Positions 45,366 through 54,920 of a DNA stretch of 64,000 nucleotides are shown here, piece by piece. Below the pieces are notes generated by a model, which made no database searches, was not told the DNA's origin, and saw only the letters and a list, made by a program, of their open reading frames with translations. Position 1 is the first letter of the stretch; each line of letters starts with the position of its first letter. Source of the stretch: Bacteroidales bacterium (GTDB taxonomy: Bacteria; Bacteroidota; Bacteroidia; Bacteroidales; UBA932); the NCBI GenBank assembly GCA_020026355.1, contig JAHHQP010000005.1, forward strand, positions 2,919 to 66,918, given 5' to 3'. The position numbers and the translations under genes are program-made.

Positions 45366-46283
45366 ATGGAAGCAGAGAAAAAACAACATGCCCATGCACA
45401 TCATCACCACCACGGTGATTCAGAAAAGAACATCGCCTCCGCCTTCTTCCTCAATGCCTTCTTCGTCGTTGTAGAAGTAGTGGGAGGCCTCCTGACCAAC
45501 AGTATCGCCATCTTGTCCGATGCTTTGCACGATACGGGAGACTGCCTGTCTCTGGCGATCGCCTGGGGACTCCAGAAGAAATCCAAGCAGGGGAGAGATC
45601 TGAAATACAGCTATGGCTACAAGCGTTTCTCTTTGCTGGGCAGCCTCTTCCTCTCTCTCTTCCTGATCGGAAGTTCCGCCTTCATTTTCGTGGAAGCCGT
45701 GCAGAGGATCATGAATCCTCAATCGGTGGAAGCCGAGGGAATGCTCTGGATCGCTCTTTTCGGTATTCTGATCAACGGGGCCGCAGCCTTGAAAGTGAAG
45801 AGAGGCAGTTCGCTCAATGAACGCGCGGTCTATCTCCATATCATGGAGGATGCTCTCGGTTGGGTCGCCGTGCTGATCGCCAGCATCGTGATGCTCTTCG
45901 TGGACTTTCCGCTCATTGATCCGATCCTTTCCATCCTCATCGGTATCTGGGTGCTCTATCACATTTTCGGTAATCTCCGCGAGGTCTTCCGGGTCATGCT
46001 TCAGGGAACGCCGGAGCAGATCGATATGGAAGCCTTGGTCCAGGGACTCGAAAGCATTGACGAAGTCGCCTCCATCCATGACCTCCATGTCTGGAGCATC
46101 GACGGTGAGTCCAATGTGATGACGCTGCATGTAGTGCCGAAGCCGGGTTCAGATCTGCTGGAGGCCGAATCCCGGATCAAGGAAAAGATTGTCCAGCTGG
46201 CCCATGAACACGAAATCCATCATGTGACGGTCGAGTGTCATCAGCCGGACGGCTACTGCTGCAGTAACTGTGACTGCTGCTGA
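45366..46283 (+). CDS. Cation diffusion facilitator family transporter (CzcD/ZitB-like)
   Basis: MEAEKKQHAHAHHHHHGDSEKN...AILSDALHDTGD...HIMEDALGWV. The tail is Cys-rich (CHQPDGYCCSNCDCC). The track ORF 44805..46283 includes a spurious 5' extension. Confidence 0.9.
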   Translation: MEAEKKQHAHAHHHHHGDSEKNIASAFFLNAFFVVVEVVGGLLTNSIAILSDALHDTGDCLSLAIAWGLQKKSKQGRDLKYSYGYKRFSLLGSLFLSLFLIGSSAFIFVEAVQRIMNPQSVEAEGMLWIALFGILINGAAALKVKRGSSLNERAVYLHIMEDALGWVAVLIASIVMLFVDFPLIDPILSILIGIWVLYHIFGNLREVFRVMLQGTPEQIDMEALVQGLESIDEVASIHDLHVWSIDGESNVMTLHVVPKPGSDLLEAESRIKEKIVQLAHEHEIHHVTVECHQPDGYCCSNCDCC

Positions 46284-46327
46284 TCGAGATATGGACAATG
46301 AAAAATCGGTTGCTATGCCTGCCGGCG

Positions 46328-47035
46328 TCATTTTCCTGAAGGGAGGATGATGCCGGTAATCATATCCAGCTGGTGGAGGATTCTCGGATAGAGGTCACCG
46401 ATACATTTGTACCGGACATTGCTGCAGTGAAGACCGTTCCGTGTCTGATTCAGGTCCGACTGGGCCTCATTGACCAGATCAAAGGTCTTGGCGGCGAAGT
46501 TGCCGACTCTGTTTCGACGGAGCTTGAATCCGGCTTCTTTCCTCAATTTCTTGAGAATGAAGAATTTGCGGATGAAGTTATGTCCGGAGAATATCTCTGA
46601 AGCTTTTGTCGCCAGTGCATGGAGTCGCTTCATCTTGTCCAGACGCTGCTCCGCGCGTTCCACACGTTCCACCCAAGGGTACATGTATTCGGCGGCGGCC
46701 GCTTCCATCTTGTCCTGGTCGTAGCATTCTTTCAGGACTTGCTCATAACGGGTGAAATTGTACCGGTAGTCATCGATCGCATCCTGGAGTATGGAAACGA
46801 TCCCTACGTATTCTTCTTCGCTGACGTTCTCCTGCACCAGCCGCTCTTGCTCTTTGAAGTTGTCCAGCAACCAGAGATGCTCCAGCAGGTCGTAGCCCTT
46901 CAGCTGTCCCTGCAGGGTATAGTTCCTTTCCGTACCGATTCTGCTGATTTCCAGCGAAACTGCGCGAATCTCATTGGCCAGGTCCTTCATCCAGGAACCG
47001 TAGCTGTAGCTCTCTTTCTTCATGGCCATATTCAT
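46328..47035 (-). CDS. Hypothetical protein (predicted all-helical, no recognised domain)
   Basis: 235-aa ORF whose ATG overlaps the sdaA stop (ATGA at 47032-47035). Codon usage resembles its neighbours. Confidence 0.55.
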   Translation of the reverse strand: MNMAMKKESYSYGSWMKDLANEIRAVSLEISRIGTERNYTLQGQLKGYDLLEHLWLLDNFKEQERLVQENVSEEEYVGIVSILQDAIDDYRYNFTRYEQVLKECYDQDKMEAAAAEYMYPWVERVERAEQRLDKMKRLHALATKASEIFSGHNFIRKFFILKKLRKEAGFKLRRNRVGNFAAKTFDLVNEAQSDLNQTRNGLHCSNVRYKCIGDLYPRILHQLDMITGIILPSGK

Positions 47036-48291
47036 TCGACAGCTTTAGCAAGACCTCCTTCACTGGTCTCCTTGTAGACGGATGGAAGGTCCTTGCCGGT
47101 TTCTTTCATGACTTTCACGACCTGGTCGAAGCTGACGCGGTGGCGTCCGTCCGTATAGAGAGCGTAGATGCTGCAGTCCAGCGCACGCGCTGCTGCATAG
47201 GCGTTACGCTCGATGCAAGGGATCTGGACGAGGCCGCAGACAGGGTCGCAGGTCAGACCAAGATGATGTTCCAGACCCATTTCTGCAGCATATTCGATCT
47301 GGGAAGGACTGCCACCCATGAGCTGGGTCACGGCAGCCGCGGCCATGGCGCAGGCCACGCCGACTTCTCCCTGGCAGCCTACTTCCGCACCGGAAATGGA
47401 GGCGTTGGTCTTCACGACATTGCCGACCAGACCGGCAGTCGCCAAGGCTTTCACGATCCGTCGGTCACTGAAACCATAGACTTTCTTCACATGGTACAGT
47501 ACACCTGGCAGCACACCGCAGGAACCGCAGGTCGGAGCGGTCACGATCGTGCCTCCGCAGGCGTTTTCCTCACTGACCGCCAGAGCATAGGCGAAGATCA
47601 GCCCTCTGGTTCTCAGAACATCGCTGTAGCCTTCTGCGCGGACGAAGTAACTTGCTGCTTTTCTGCGCAGACGGAGCGGTCCCGGCAGGGAACCTTCCTT
47701 GTCGATGCCTCTTTCCACAGCTTCGCACATGACTTTCCAGACGAGGTCCAGGTGCTCCCAGAAACTCGGGTCATTCCCTTCGTGCTCGTCCACGTATTCC
47801 CAGTAGGTCTTGCCATTATGGTTGCACCAGTCGAGCAGTTCCTTCATCGTATGCAGTTCGTAGATCTCCGGTTCCTCGCTCTCGATCGGATTCTCCATGC
47901 AGACGATGTCACCACCGCCTACACTGTAGTACGTCCATTTCTCGTAGAGGTCACCGTCGGCATTGACCGAAGCGATCTTCATGCCGTTCGGGTGGACCGG
48001 AAGCTCTTCTTTCGGGCGCCATTCGATGTCCACGTCGCCCGGTCTCGGACTGTGTTCTTCCAAGGTCTCGCGGGCGCTCTGCTTGTAGGTCGAGAACGCC
48101 TCCTGGATGGCCAGGTCGGTCAGATGTCCCTTTCCGGTCGCCGCCAGCGAACCATAGAGGGTGACATGCAGATGATCCGCCTCCGGATGGGCTTCAAGAT
48201 ATCTCCGGACGGCTTTGAAAGGGCCCATCGTATGACTGCTGGATGGGCCTTTACCGATCTTATAGAGTAGTTTTACTGATTTCATGCTCAT
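47032..48291 (-). CDS. sdaA: L-serine ammonia-lyase, iron-sulfur dependent, single chain
   Basis: IGKGPSSSHTMGP..., GSLAATGKGHLTD, TAPTCGSCGVLPG, GAEVGCQGEVGVA. Confidence 0.9.
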   Translation of the reverse strand: MSMKSVKLLYKIGKGPSSSHTMGPFKAVRRYLEAHPEADHLHVTLYGSLAATGKGHLTDLAIQEAFSTYKQSARETLEEHSPRPGDVDIEWRPKEELPVHPNGMKIASVNADGDLYEKWTYYSVGGGDIVCMENPIESEEPEIYELHTMKELLDWCNHNGKTYWEYVDEHEGNDPSFWEHLDLVWKVMCEAVERGIDKEGSLPGPLRLRRKAASYFVRAEGYSDVLRTRGLIFAYALAVSEENACGGTIVTAPTCGSCGVLPGVLYHVKKVYGFSDRRIVKALATAGLVGNVVKTNASISGAEVGCQGEVGVACAMAAAAVTQLMGGSPSQIEYAAEMGLEHHLGLTCDPVCGLVQIPCIERNAYAAARALDCSIYALYTDGRHRVSFDQVVKVMKETGKDLPSVYKETSEGGLAKAVE

Positions 48292-48294
48292 AGC

Positions 48295-50370
48295 TTAGCG
48301 CAGATAGTCTTCAAAATAAAGGGTGACTTTATCCATGAGGTGAACACGGTCCGGACCGATCACGTTGTGCTCATGACGAGGGTAAGGGAAGTAGTCCAGC
48401 TGGATGCGGTTCTTCACGCATTCGCGGACGAAACTCAGGCTGTTCTCCCAGACCACTACCGGGTCAATGACACCCTGACAGATGAGCAGCTTGCCTTTCA
48501 CGTCTTTCGCCTTGTTGATGAGGCTGACTTTCTCGTAGCCTTCCGGATTGTCCTGAGGACTGTCCATATAGCGCTCACCGTACATGACTTCGTACCATTT
48601 CCAGTCGATCACAGGACCGCCGGCAACGGCGACCTTGAAGATCTCCGGATAATTCGTGAACAGGGAAATGGTCATGAAACCGCCGTAGCTCCAGCCGTGG
48701 ACGCCGATGCGGTCCTTGTCGACGAACGGAAGGTCCATGAGCATCCGGACACCGACCATCTGGTCAGCCATTTCAGCCTGACCGCACTGGCGGTGGATCG
48801 CCTGTTCGTAGTCCAGACCTCTGTTCTCGGTACCTCTGTTGTCCTGAATGTAGACGATGTAGCCTCTTTCAGCCATGTACATCTCCCAGTTGCGGATATC
48901 GCCGAGGAAGGTGTTGCGCACCAGCTGTGAATGAGGACCGCCATAGACGTAGAGCATCAGCGGGTATTTCTTGGTCGGGTCGAAATCTTTCGGCAGGATG
49001 AGACGGTACCAGTTGTCGTATTTCCCGTCAGCGCTCTTGACCGTGCCCAGAGATACCTCCGTGAAGGCATGTCCTTCCGTCGGATCCGGTGCGGTGAAGA
49101 GACAGCGGATGACGTGGCCGTCAGCCTTTTTCAGATTCATCACGCGCGGTACTTTCAGGGAACTGTAGCTGTCCACGAAATAACGGCAGTCCGGGCTCAT
49201 GGTGATCTCGTGCCAGCCCTCTTCGAAGGTCAGGCGTTCCGGCTGGCGGAAGCGGACTTTCGCCACGCCTTTCTCCAGACGGTCCATGCGGATCCGGAAG
49301 AGGTGGTTCTCGACCGGAGAAACCTCGGCAGATGTATAATAGAGGTAGCGTCCGTCGTTTCCGACGTAAGCGACATCGGCGTCTGTCGACGTGATCCGGC
49401 GGATATTGCCGTCCAGGTCGCAGAGGTAGAGGTTGCGGTAACGGTCACGGTTGGCCGTGCGGTAGATGAACAGACCGGTCTCTCCGATGAAATGGATCGG
49501 ATCGAGCGGTTCGACATATTTCTCGTTGTCTTCGGTCAGGATGGTCTTCATCCAGGCACCGGTCGCCGCATCGAACATCAGCAGTTCCTGATGGTTCTGC
49601 TTGCGGTCCAGCATGTGGACGAAGATGCGGGCAGCATCCGGTGACCAGCTGATGTTGGTCATGTAGTATTCCTCTCCGTCCTTCCAGTAGCCGGACGGGC
49701 TGCCCCAAGGCTGGAGACGCACGCTCTTGCCGCTCCTGAGATCATAGACATAGGTGCTGACTTTCTCGGAAGGGGTGCCGGCCATCGGGTATTTGATGTT
49801 CTTCAGATCGCCGCAGCGGCTGGAGATGTCCAGAAGCGGGAAGTCATGTACGGCGCTCTCGTCCTTGCAGTACCAGGCCATCCTGCTGCCGTCCGGTGCC
49901 CAGAAGATTCCTCCCTGGATGCCGAATTCATTGCGGCTGACGATCTGACCGCTGACGATGCTGCGGTCTGTAGAGAAGGCGACGGTGTCGATCTTGCCGG
50001 AGGCGTCCGACAGGAAGAGGTTGTTCGCTTGGGTGAAGGCCCAGTGACGTCCCATACCGGAGTCGAGCGGAGACGGTGTCACGTTCTCCCAGCAGTCCTG
50101 AGCAGGGCTGTCCGGACGGTTCCATGGACGGTCGGCCATCTTGCCGATCAGGTCGATGCGGAAGAATCCTTCCGGAGTCCAGCGCAGGAGATCATGTTCT
50201 CCGGTCCACAGGTAATATTGTCTTTCCGGATAAAGGCTCCGGTCCAGAATCGCCTCTTCCATGGTGATCAGTTCACCGTCATTGGCTTTCCTCGTGTCGA
50301 CGATACCGGTCTGGGCATTGAGTTCCAGGCCCAGTACCAAGGTCGAAATAACAAGCAATGTCTTCTTCAT
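48295..50370 (-). CDS. Dipeptidyl-peptidase IV-type S9B serine peptidase
   Basis: Signal peptide, DPP-IV N-terminal propeller, catalytic GWSYGGFMT, C-terminal ...PRHEHN. Confidence 0.9.
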   Translation of the reverse strand: MKKTLLVISTLVLGLELNAQTGIVDTRKANDGELITMEEAILDRSLYPERQYYLWTGEHDLLRWTPEGFFRIDLIGKMADRPWNRPDSPAQDCWENVTPSPLDSGMGRHWAFTQANNLFLSDASGKIDTVAFSTDRSIVSGQIVSRNEFGIQGGIFWAPDGSRMAWYCKDESAVHDFPLLDISSRCGDLKNIKYPMAGTPSEKVSTYVYDLRSGKSVRLQPWGSPSGYWKDGEEYYMTNISWSPDAARIFVHMLDRKQNHQELLMFDAATGAWMKTILTEDNEKYVEPLDPIHFIGETGLFIYRTANRDRYRNLYLCDLDGNIRRITSTDADVAYVGNDGRYLYYTSAEVSPVENHLFRIRMDRLEKGVAKVRFRQPERLTFEEGWHEITMSPDCRYFVDSYSSLKVPRVMNLKKADGHVIRCLFTAPDPTEGHAFTEVSLGTVKSADGKYDNWYRLILPKDFDPTKKYPLMLYVYGGPHSQLVRNTFLGDIRNWEMYMAERGYIVYIQDNRGTENRGLDYEQAIHRQCGQAEMADQMVGVRMLMDLPFVDKDRIGVHGWSYGGFMTISLFTNYPEIFKVAVAGGPVIDWKWYEVMYGERYMDSPQDNPEGYEKVSLINKAKDVKGKLLICQGVIDPVVVWENSLSFVRECVKNRIQLDYFPYPRHEHNVIGPDRVHLMDKVTLYFEDYLR

Positions 50371-50463
50371 GATATGATCTGTTTATATTCTCTGGCTAAG
50401 CGCCGCATATTTTGCAAATATACTTAATAAATTCCTATCTTCGCAGCCGGAAATCCAATAATT

Positions 50464-52545
50464 ATGCGTAAAATCATCTCTGACATATGTGCTGGAAGCC
50501 TGCTCCTGGCAGGTTTTCCACTTTCCGTCGTCGCCCAGGTCCGGGAACAAGATCCCGGTCAGTCCGGTGATGTACGGAAACAGGAACATCTGATCTCGCA
50601 GGCGATCGTCGGGCAGGATGCTCCGCCTTTGATCGATCATGTGCCGGACGGCTATGCCGGTCTGTCCCGTAAGGCGGCGCGGAAAACCAGGGAGGGACTG
50701 CTTGCCGCGGCAGCGGCGGAACAGCGGCGTCAGGCGGATCCGAGCAAGACCACTGCTTTCCTTTGGGCCAATGAACCTTTGGCTCTGTTCGTGAATTACG
50801 GGCTGTATTCGACTGCCGCGGGAAACTGGAACGGGCAGCCGGTCGAGGGACCGACGGAGCGTCTGGCAACCCATGTCTTCATGGAAGACTATGAGGAACT
50901 CGCCGAGCGTTTCCAGCCCAGCGACTTCGATCCGGAGCGTATCGTGAATCTGGCCGTCAAGGCCGGAAAAAGGCCCATCCTCTTCTCCGCCAAGCATAAA
51001 GACGGCTTCTGTCTCTTCAAGACATCCGCTACGGCCTTCAATGCTGTGGAAGCGCCTGGCTGCGGCCGTGACCTGGTCGCGGAAATGGCGGCTGCCTGTC
51101 ATCGCGGAGGCGTGCCATTCGGACTCTATTATGCCGTGACCGACTGGCATTTCCCGCAGGCCGCTCCGGCGTCCGCCCATGACGCGGAAGCGGTGACTCC
51201 GGAACATTTCGCCTACATCAGGACCCAGCTGACGGAACTGCTGACCCGTTACGGACTGGTTCGTGAACTGTGGCTGGACGGAGGAGCCTTGACGGCTGCA
51301 CAGAGCCGCGAACTGTATGGACTGGTCCGCAATCTTCAACCGAAATGTATGGTCGGCGGCCTTGAACACGGCTATGGAGACTTCGTTTCCTTGCCGGAGT
51401 ATGCTTGGCCTGCTCTGCTCCCGTCAGGACCCTGGCAATATGCGGCGCCGATCCATGAGGGCAGCTGGGGCTATCGTGGCGGTGAAGCGGAAGCCGATTC
51501 CGGAAAACTGGCCGCAAAGCATCAGGAAATCTTGCGGAAGGTCCGGGCTGCCGGAGGAAATTATCTCATCGGGCTGCCCTTGACTTCTTATGGTGGAGTC
51601 GTGCTTCAGGATGCCTTGGTCATCACCCGCTTAGGGTCGAGTCTCGAAAGAGAGGAACGCCGCACGGCAGGGGAGGTGCGTCAGCGTACCTCGCAGGTGG
51701 AAACGGTCTTCGCTAAGGGTATGGAACTGGAGGCCGCTGCCGCCGAGAAAATCTACGGCCTGGATGAAGCGGATCCTTACCTGGCCTGCCGGAGTTCATT
51801 GGCCTTGAAATGGAAACTCCAGGATTTCGGACTCCGGAAGGTCGATTTCCTGTTCTCTGAAGAAGAAATAGGCAACTTTGTCCTTCTGACGGTCGATGGT
51901 CGAGAATATAAGGTGGAACTGCTGCCGGAACAGGCGGATACTGTCCAGGCGAAGGTTGACTTCAAACATCAGCAGCTGGCGGTCCTTTCTGAAGCCTGCA
52001 ATGCTTTGCCGACGGAGCTGTCGTCCTGGATCGCCGAGAAGAAACCCTGGTTCCGTTCTCTGGAACCTTCGTGCAACGCCCCCGAAAAAACGGTCTCCAG
52101 CCGTGTCCGTCCGATGTCGGCACTGGTGCTGGAAAGGTCGGTCTATGCCGATCGGGAGGTCCTGTATCCGGCTCAGGTCATTTCCGGTGATGCCGTTGAG
52201 GTCTGGGTCAATGGAAAACTGGTCGTCCGTCACTTGAATCTTCCGGCGGAACTGGAGACGGTCGGGAAAAGGCCTGGCGAGCGCAGTACCCGTCAATGGC
52301 AGGAAACCGTTCTGCTCCCGTTGAGACCGGGGCTGAACAAGGTGCTGGTCAAGTCCTACAGCCGTCATGGTGGCGAGATGAACGTCGGACTCTGTCCATC
52401 CACGTTTCCGGAACTCTACCGGATGACTTTCGCTCTGCCGGACCCTGTTCCGGGTTTCCGTCATGAGCTGGAGCTCCGCCGGATGGGGGAGGAACGCGCG
52501 AGTGCCGACGCCCGACTGCACAACGTGAGGCTGGTGGTCCATTGA
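50464..52545 (+). CDS. GH29 alpha-L-fucosidase with C-terminal accessory domains
   Basis: Signal peptide. FVNYGLYSTAAG...AVKAGKRPILFSAKHKDGFCLFKTS...GRDLVAEMAAACHRGGVPFGLYYAVTDWH matches the GH29 core. Confidence 0.8.
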   Translation: MRKIISDICAGSLLLAGFPLSVVAQVREQDPGQSGDVRKQEHLISQAIVGQDAPPLIDHVPDGYAGLSRKAARKTREGLLAAAAAEQRRQADPSKTTAFLWANEPLALFVNYGLYSTAAGNWNGQPVEGPTERLATHVFMEDYEELAERFQPSDFDPERIVNLAVKAGKRPILFSAKHKDGFCLFKTSATAFNAVEAPGCGRDLVAEMAAACHRGGVPFGLYYAVTDWHFPQAAPASAHDAEAVTPEHFAYIRTQLTELLTRYGLVRELWLDGGALTAAQSRELYGLVRNLQPKCMVGGLEHGYGDFVSLPEYAWPALLPSGPWQYAAPIHEGSWGYRGGEAEADSGKLAAKHQEILRKVRAAGGNYLIGLPLTSYGGVVLQDALVITRLGSSLEREERRTAGEVRQRTSQVETVFAKGMELEAAAAEKIYGLDEADPYLACRSSLALKWKLQDFGLRKVDFLFSEEEIGNFVLLTVDGREYKVELLPEQADTVQAKVDFKHQQLAVLSEACNALPTELSSWIAEKKPWFRSLEPSCNAPEKTVSSRVRPMSALVLERSVYADREVLYPAQVISGDAVEVWVNGKLVVRHLNLPAELETVGKRPGERSTRQWQETVLLPLRPGLNKVLVKSYSRHGGEMNVGLCPSTFPELYRMTFALPDPVPGFRHELELRRMGEERASADARLHNVRLVVH

Positions 52546-52571
52546 CATGGGGAATCATCGGCCAGAGGGAA

Positions 52572-52581
52572 TCATTGACCT
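52572..52581 (-). repeat. Intergenic copy of the AGGTCAATGA core (TCATTGACCT on plus), with a related CCATTGACATGG copy at 52539-52550 overlapping the fucosidase stop
   Basis: Direct pair CATTGACaTGGGGAA / CATTGACcTGAAAGGGAA, 33 nt apart. Confidence 0.6.
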
Positions 52582-52620
52582 GAAAGGGAAAGCTCTTTTG
52601 GGGTTCTCCCGGAAAATGTC

Positions 52621-52628
52621 TATATTTG
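52621..52628 (+). promoter_or_regulatory. -7 promoter box TATATTTG upstream of the arginine deiminase gene
   Basis: Exact TAnnTTTG 26 nt upstream of the ATG at 52654. Confidence 0.5.
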
Positions 52629-52653
52629 AGGATTGACCAATAATCAAAAACAT

Positions 52654-53931
52654 ATGAATCAACAACCGATGAATATTGAAATCAGGTCAGAAATCGGCAG
52701 ACTGAATGCTGTCTTGCTCCACAGACCTGGCGCGGAGGTCGAGAACATGACCCCTCGGACCGTGCAGAGAGCGCTTTACAGTGATATCCTTAATCTTTCC
52801 GTCGCCCGGCAGGAATATGAAGAACTCAGCGGCATCCTCGGGAAGGTCGCGAAGGTTTATGAAGTAGCTGACCTGCTGGAGCGGGTGCTTGACAAGCCGG
52901 ATGCCCGTCAGGAACTCATCCAGCGTATCTGTGCGACGGAGGAAGTGACCGATTATTTCGATATGCTCATGGCCATGTCTTCCAAGATGCTGGTCACGGT
53001 CCTCATCGAAGGTCTTCCTGCCAAGATCAATACCTTGACTTCTTATTTCAAGAATGAATATTATGCACTTCCGCCGCTCTACAATTTCTATTTCACCAGA
53101 GACGCGGCGGTGACCCTCGGCTCTCAGGTACTGGCCTGCCGCATGGCGAACAAGGTCCGTATGCGTGAGGCTCTGATCATGGACGCCATCTATCGCGAAA
53201 GCGGGGAGTTCAACTGCAATGTGGTGGACGCCAATGATTTCCAGTTCAACAAGGAAGGCATCAACATGGAGGGCGGTGACATCATCGTGGCCCGTGAAGA
53301 CATTCTTCTGCTGGGCAACGGCATGAGGACCAGTACGCAGGGTATCGACTTCATGATCGAGCGCTTCCGTCGTGACTTCGGTCCTGGCCGCTACAACATC
53401 ATTGTACAGCAGCTGCCTTCCGAACCGGAGTCTTTCATCCATCTGGACATGACTTTCACCTTCCTGGATCGTGACAAATGTCTGGTTTTCGATCCGCTCA
53501 TCCTGGAATCCAACCAGTACCAGACGGTGCATATCGTCGTGGAGAACAACAAGGTCAAGTCGATCCGTCCGGTCGCCGGCATCCTTCCTGCCCTCAAGAA
53601 GTTGGGAATGGACCTCAAGCCGGTCATCTGTGGCGGTGATGACGAGTGGGATCAGGAAAGAGAACAGTGGCACAGCGGTGCGAACTCCTTCGCATGGGCT
53701 CCGGGCAAGGTCCTGACCTATGCTCGTAACATCCATACGCTCGATCAGCTGGATAAGAACGGTTTCGAGATCGTCCTTGCCGAGGATATCCTTTCCGGAA
53801 AGATTTCAGAAGATATCCTGCATGATGACAAGCCGGTCGCCGTGGCGATCGCTGGCGCCGAGCTGGCTCGTGGAGGTGGCGGACCGCGTTGCATGACCAT
53901 GCCGCTGAGCCGTCAGAAAGTAGAATGGTAA
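52654..53931 (+). CDS. arcA: Arginine deiminase family protein
   Basis: IRSEIGRLNAVLLHRPG..., FTRD, C-terminal ELARGGGGPRCMTMPLSR (catalytic Cys). The track's TTG start at 52633 would precede the predicted transcription start. A third candidate ATG is at 52669. Confidence 0.85.
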   Translation: MNQQPMNIEIRSEIGRLNAVLLHRPGAEVENMTPRTVQRALYSDILNLSVARQEYEELSGILGKVAKVYEVADLLERVLDKPDARQELIQRICATEEVTDYFDMLMAMSSKMLVTVLIEGLPAKINTLTSYFKNEYYALPPLYNFYFTRDAAVTLGSQVLACRMANKVRMREALIMDAIYRESGEFNCNVVDANDFQFNKEGINMEGGDIIVAREDILLLGNGMRTSTQGIDFMIERFRRDFGPGRYNIIVQQLPSEPESFIHLDMTFTFLDRDKCLVFDPLILESNQYQTVHIVVENNKVKSIRPVAGILPALKKLGMDLKPVICGGDDEWDQEREQWHSGANSFAWAPGKVLTYARNIHTLDQLDKNGFEIVLAEDILSGKISEDILHDDKPVAVAIAGAELARGGGGPRCMTMPLSRQKVEW

Positions 53932-53933
53932 CT

Positions 53934-54920
53934 ATGAACAAGATCATTACAGTAACTTTGAATCCGGCTATCGACCGCATCACGTCGGTGCCGGATTTTC
54001 ATGTGGGGGCCGTGCAGAAAGCCGATGCCGCCCATGTTTATCCTGCCGGAAAAGGCGTGAATGTCGCCAGGACGCTCAGCTGTCTGGGACATGATGTCAT
54101 CGCGATCGGTGTCATCGGCAAGGGGGATGTGGAATTCTTCGAGACGATCCGCTGGAGCGGAGTCGCTTCCGATCCGGCGGCCGGAAAGATCTTGACCGAC
54201 TGGATCCAGACGGAAACGCCGACGCGCACGAACAATACCTTCCTGGATCCGGTCCGTTCGACCGAAACGCACATCCGTGAGGTCATCCGGACAGATGAAC
54301 CGTTTCCATTGACGCGGGTGGAGGAGAGTCTCCGTCAGCATTGCGGGAAGGGAGATGTCGTCGTCTTCGCGGGAAGTCTTCCGACCAACGCCACGGAAGA
54401 TACTTTGACTTGTCTCATTGGCCTGTGCAGGTCAATGGGGGCGCGTGTCATCCTGGATTCGAGCGGAGAGGCCCTGAAGAATGCCTTGACGGCCGGTCCG
54501 GATCTGATCAAACCGAATGTTCAGGAGCTCGAGGAGGTGGTCGGACACCGTTTCTATACGAGAGGCGAGATCGTCGCGGCCGCGCGGGAACTGGCCCGTA
54601 CCTACGGCATCCATCATGTTCTGGTTTCCATGGGCGAGGAGGGAGCCATTCTCGTTTCCGACGAGACGGAGGAACTGCCGGCATTGCAGGCGGTCTTCAT
54701 GCTTCGTCTCAGCCAGAAGCAGCTGCATACGGTCGGCTCCGGTGACGCGATGGTCGCTGCGGTCGCTGCCGTGCTTGCCGAGGACGGAAAACCCCGGCAG
54801 ATGCTCATTGAAGGCACCGCTGCCGGGGTAGCTAATCTTCTGACGGAGGGACCGGGCATCGTTTCAGCCGATAAGGTGAAACGGCTGCGCGACGCCGTCG
54901 AAGTCGGAGAATTCCATTAA
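53934..54920 (+). CDS. PfkB family hexose-phosphate kinase (1-phosphofructokinase/tagatose-6-P kinase type)
   Basis: MNKIITVTLNPAIDR...PAGKGVNVAR...GSGDAMVAAV. It starts 2 nt after the arcA stop. Confidence 0.85.
   Translation: MNKIITVTLNPAIDRITSVPDFHVGAVQKADAAHVYPAGKGVNVARTLSCLGHDVIAIGVIGKGDVEFFETIRWSGVASDPAAGKILTDWIQTETPTRTNNTFLDPVRSTETHIREVIRTDEPFPLTRVEESLRQHCGKGDVVVFAGSLPTNATEDTLTCLIGLCRSMGARVILDSSGEALKNALTAGPDLIKPNVQELEEVVGHRFYTRGEIVAAARELARTYGIHHVLVSMGEEGAILVSDETEELPALQAVFMLRLSQKQLHTVGSGDAMVAAVAAVLAEDGKPRQMLIEGTAAGVANLLTEGPGIVSADKVKRLRDAVEVGEFH

Noticed and set aside
47140-48270. 376-aa plus-strand ORF
   Set aside because: It is antisense to sdaA.
50383-51369. 328-aa minus-strand ORF, and 51796..52548 (250 aa)
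   Set aside because: Both are antisense to the GH29 fucosidase gene, in a GC-rich region that gives long open mirror frames.
52687-53736. 349-aa minus-strand ORF
   Set aside because: It is antisense to the arginine deiminase gene.
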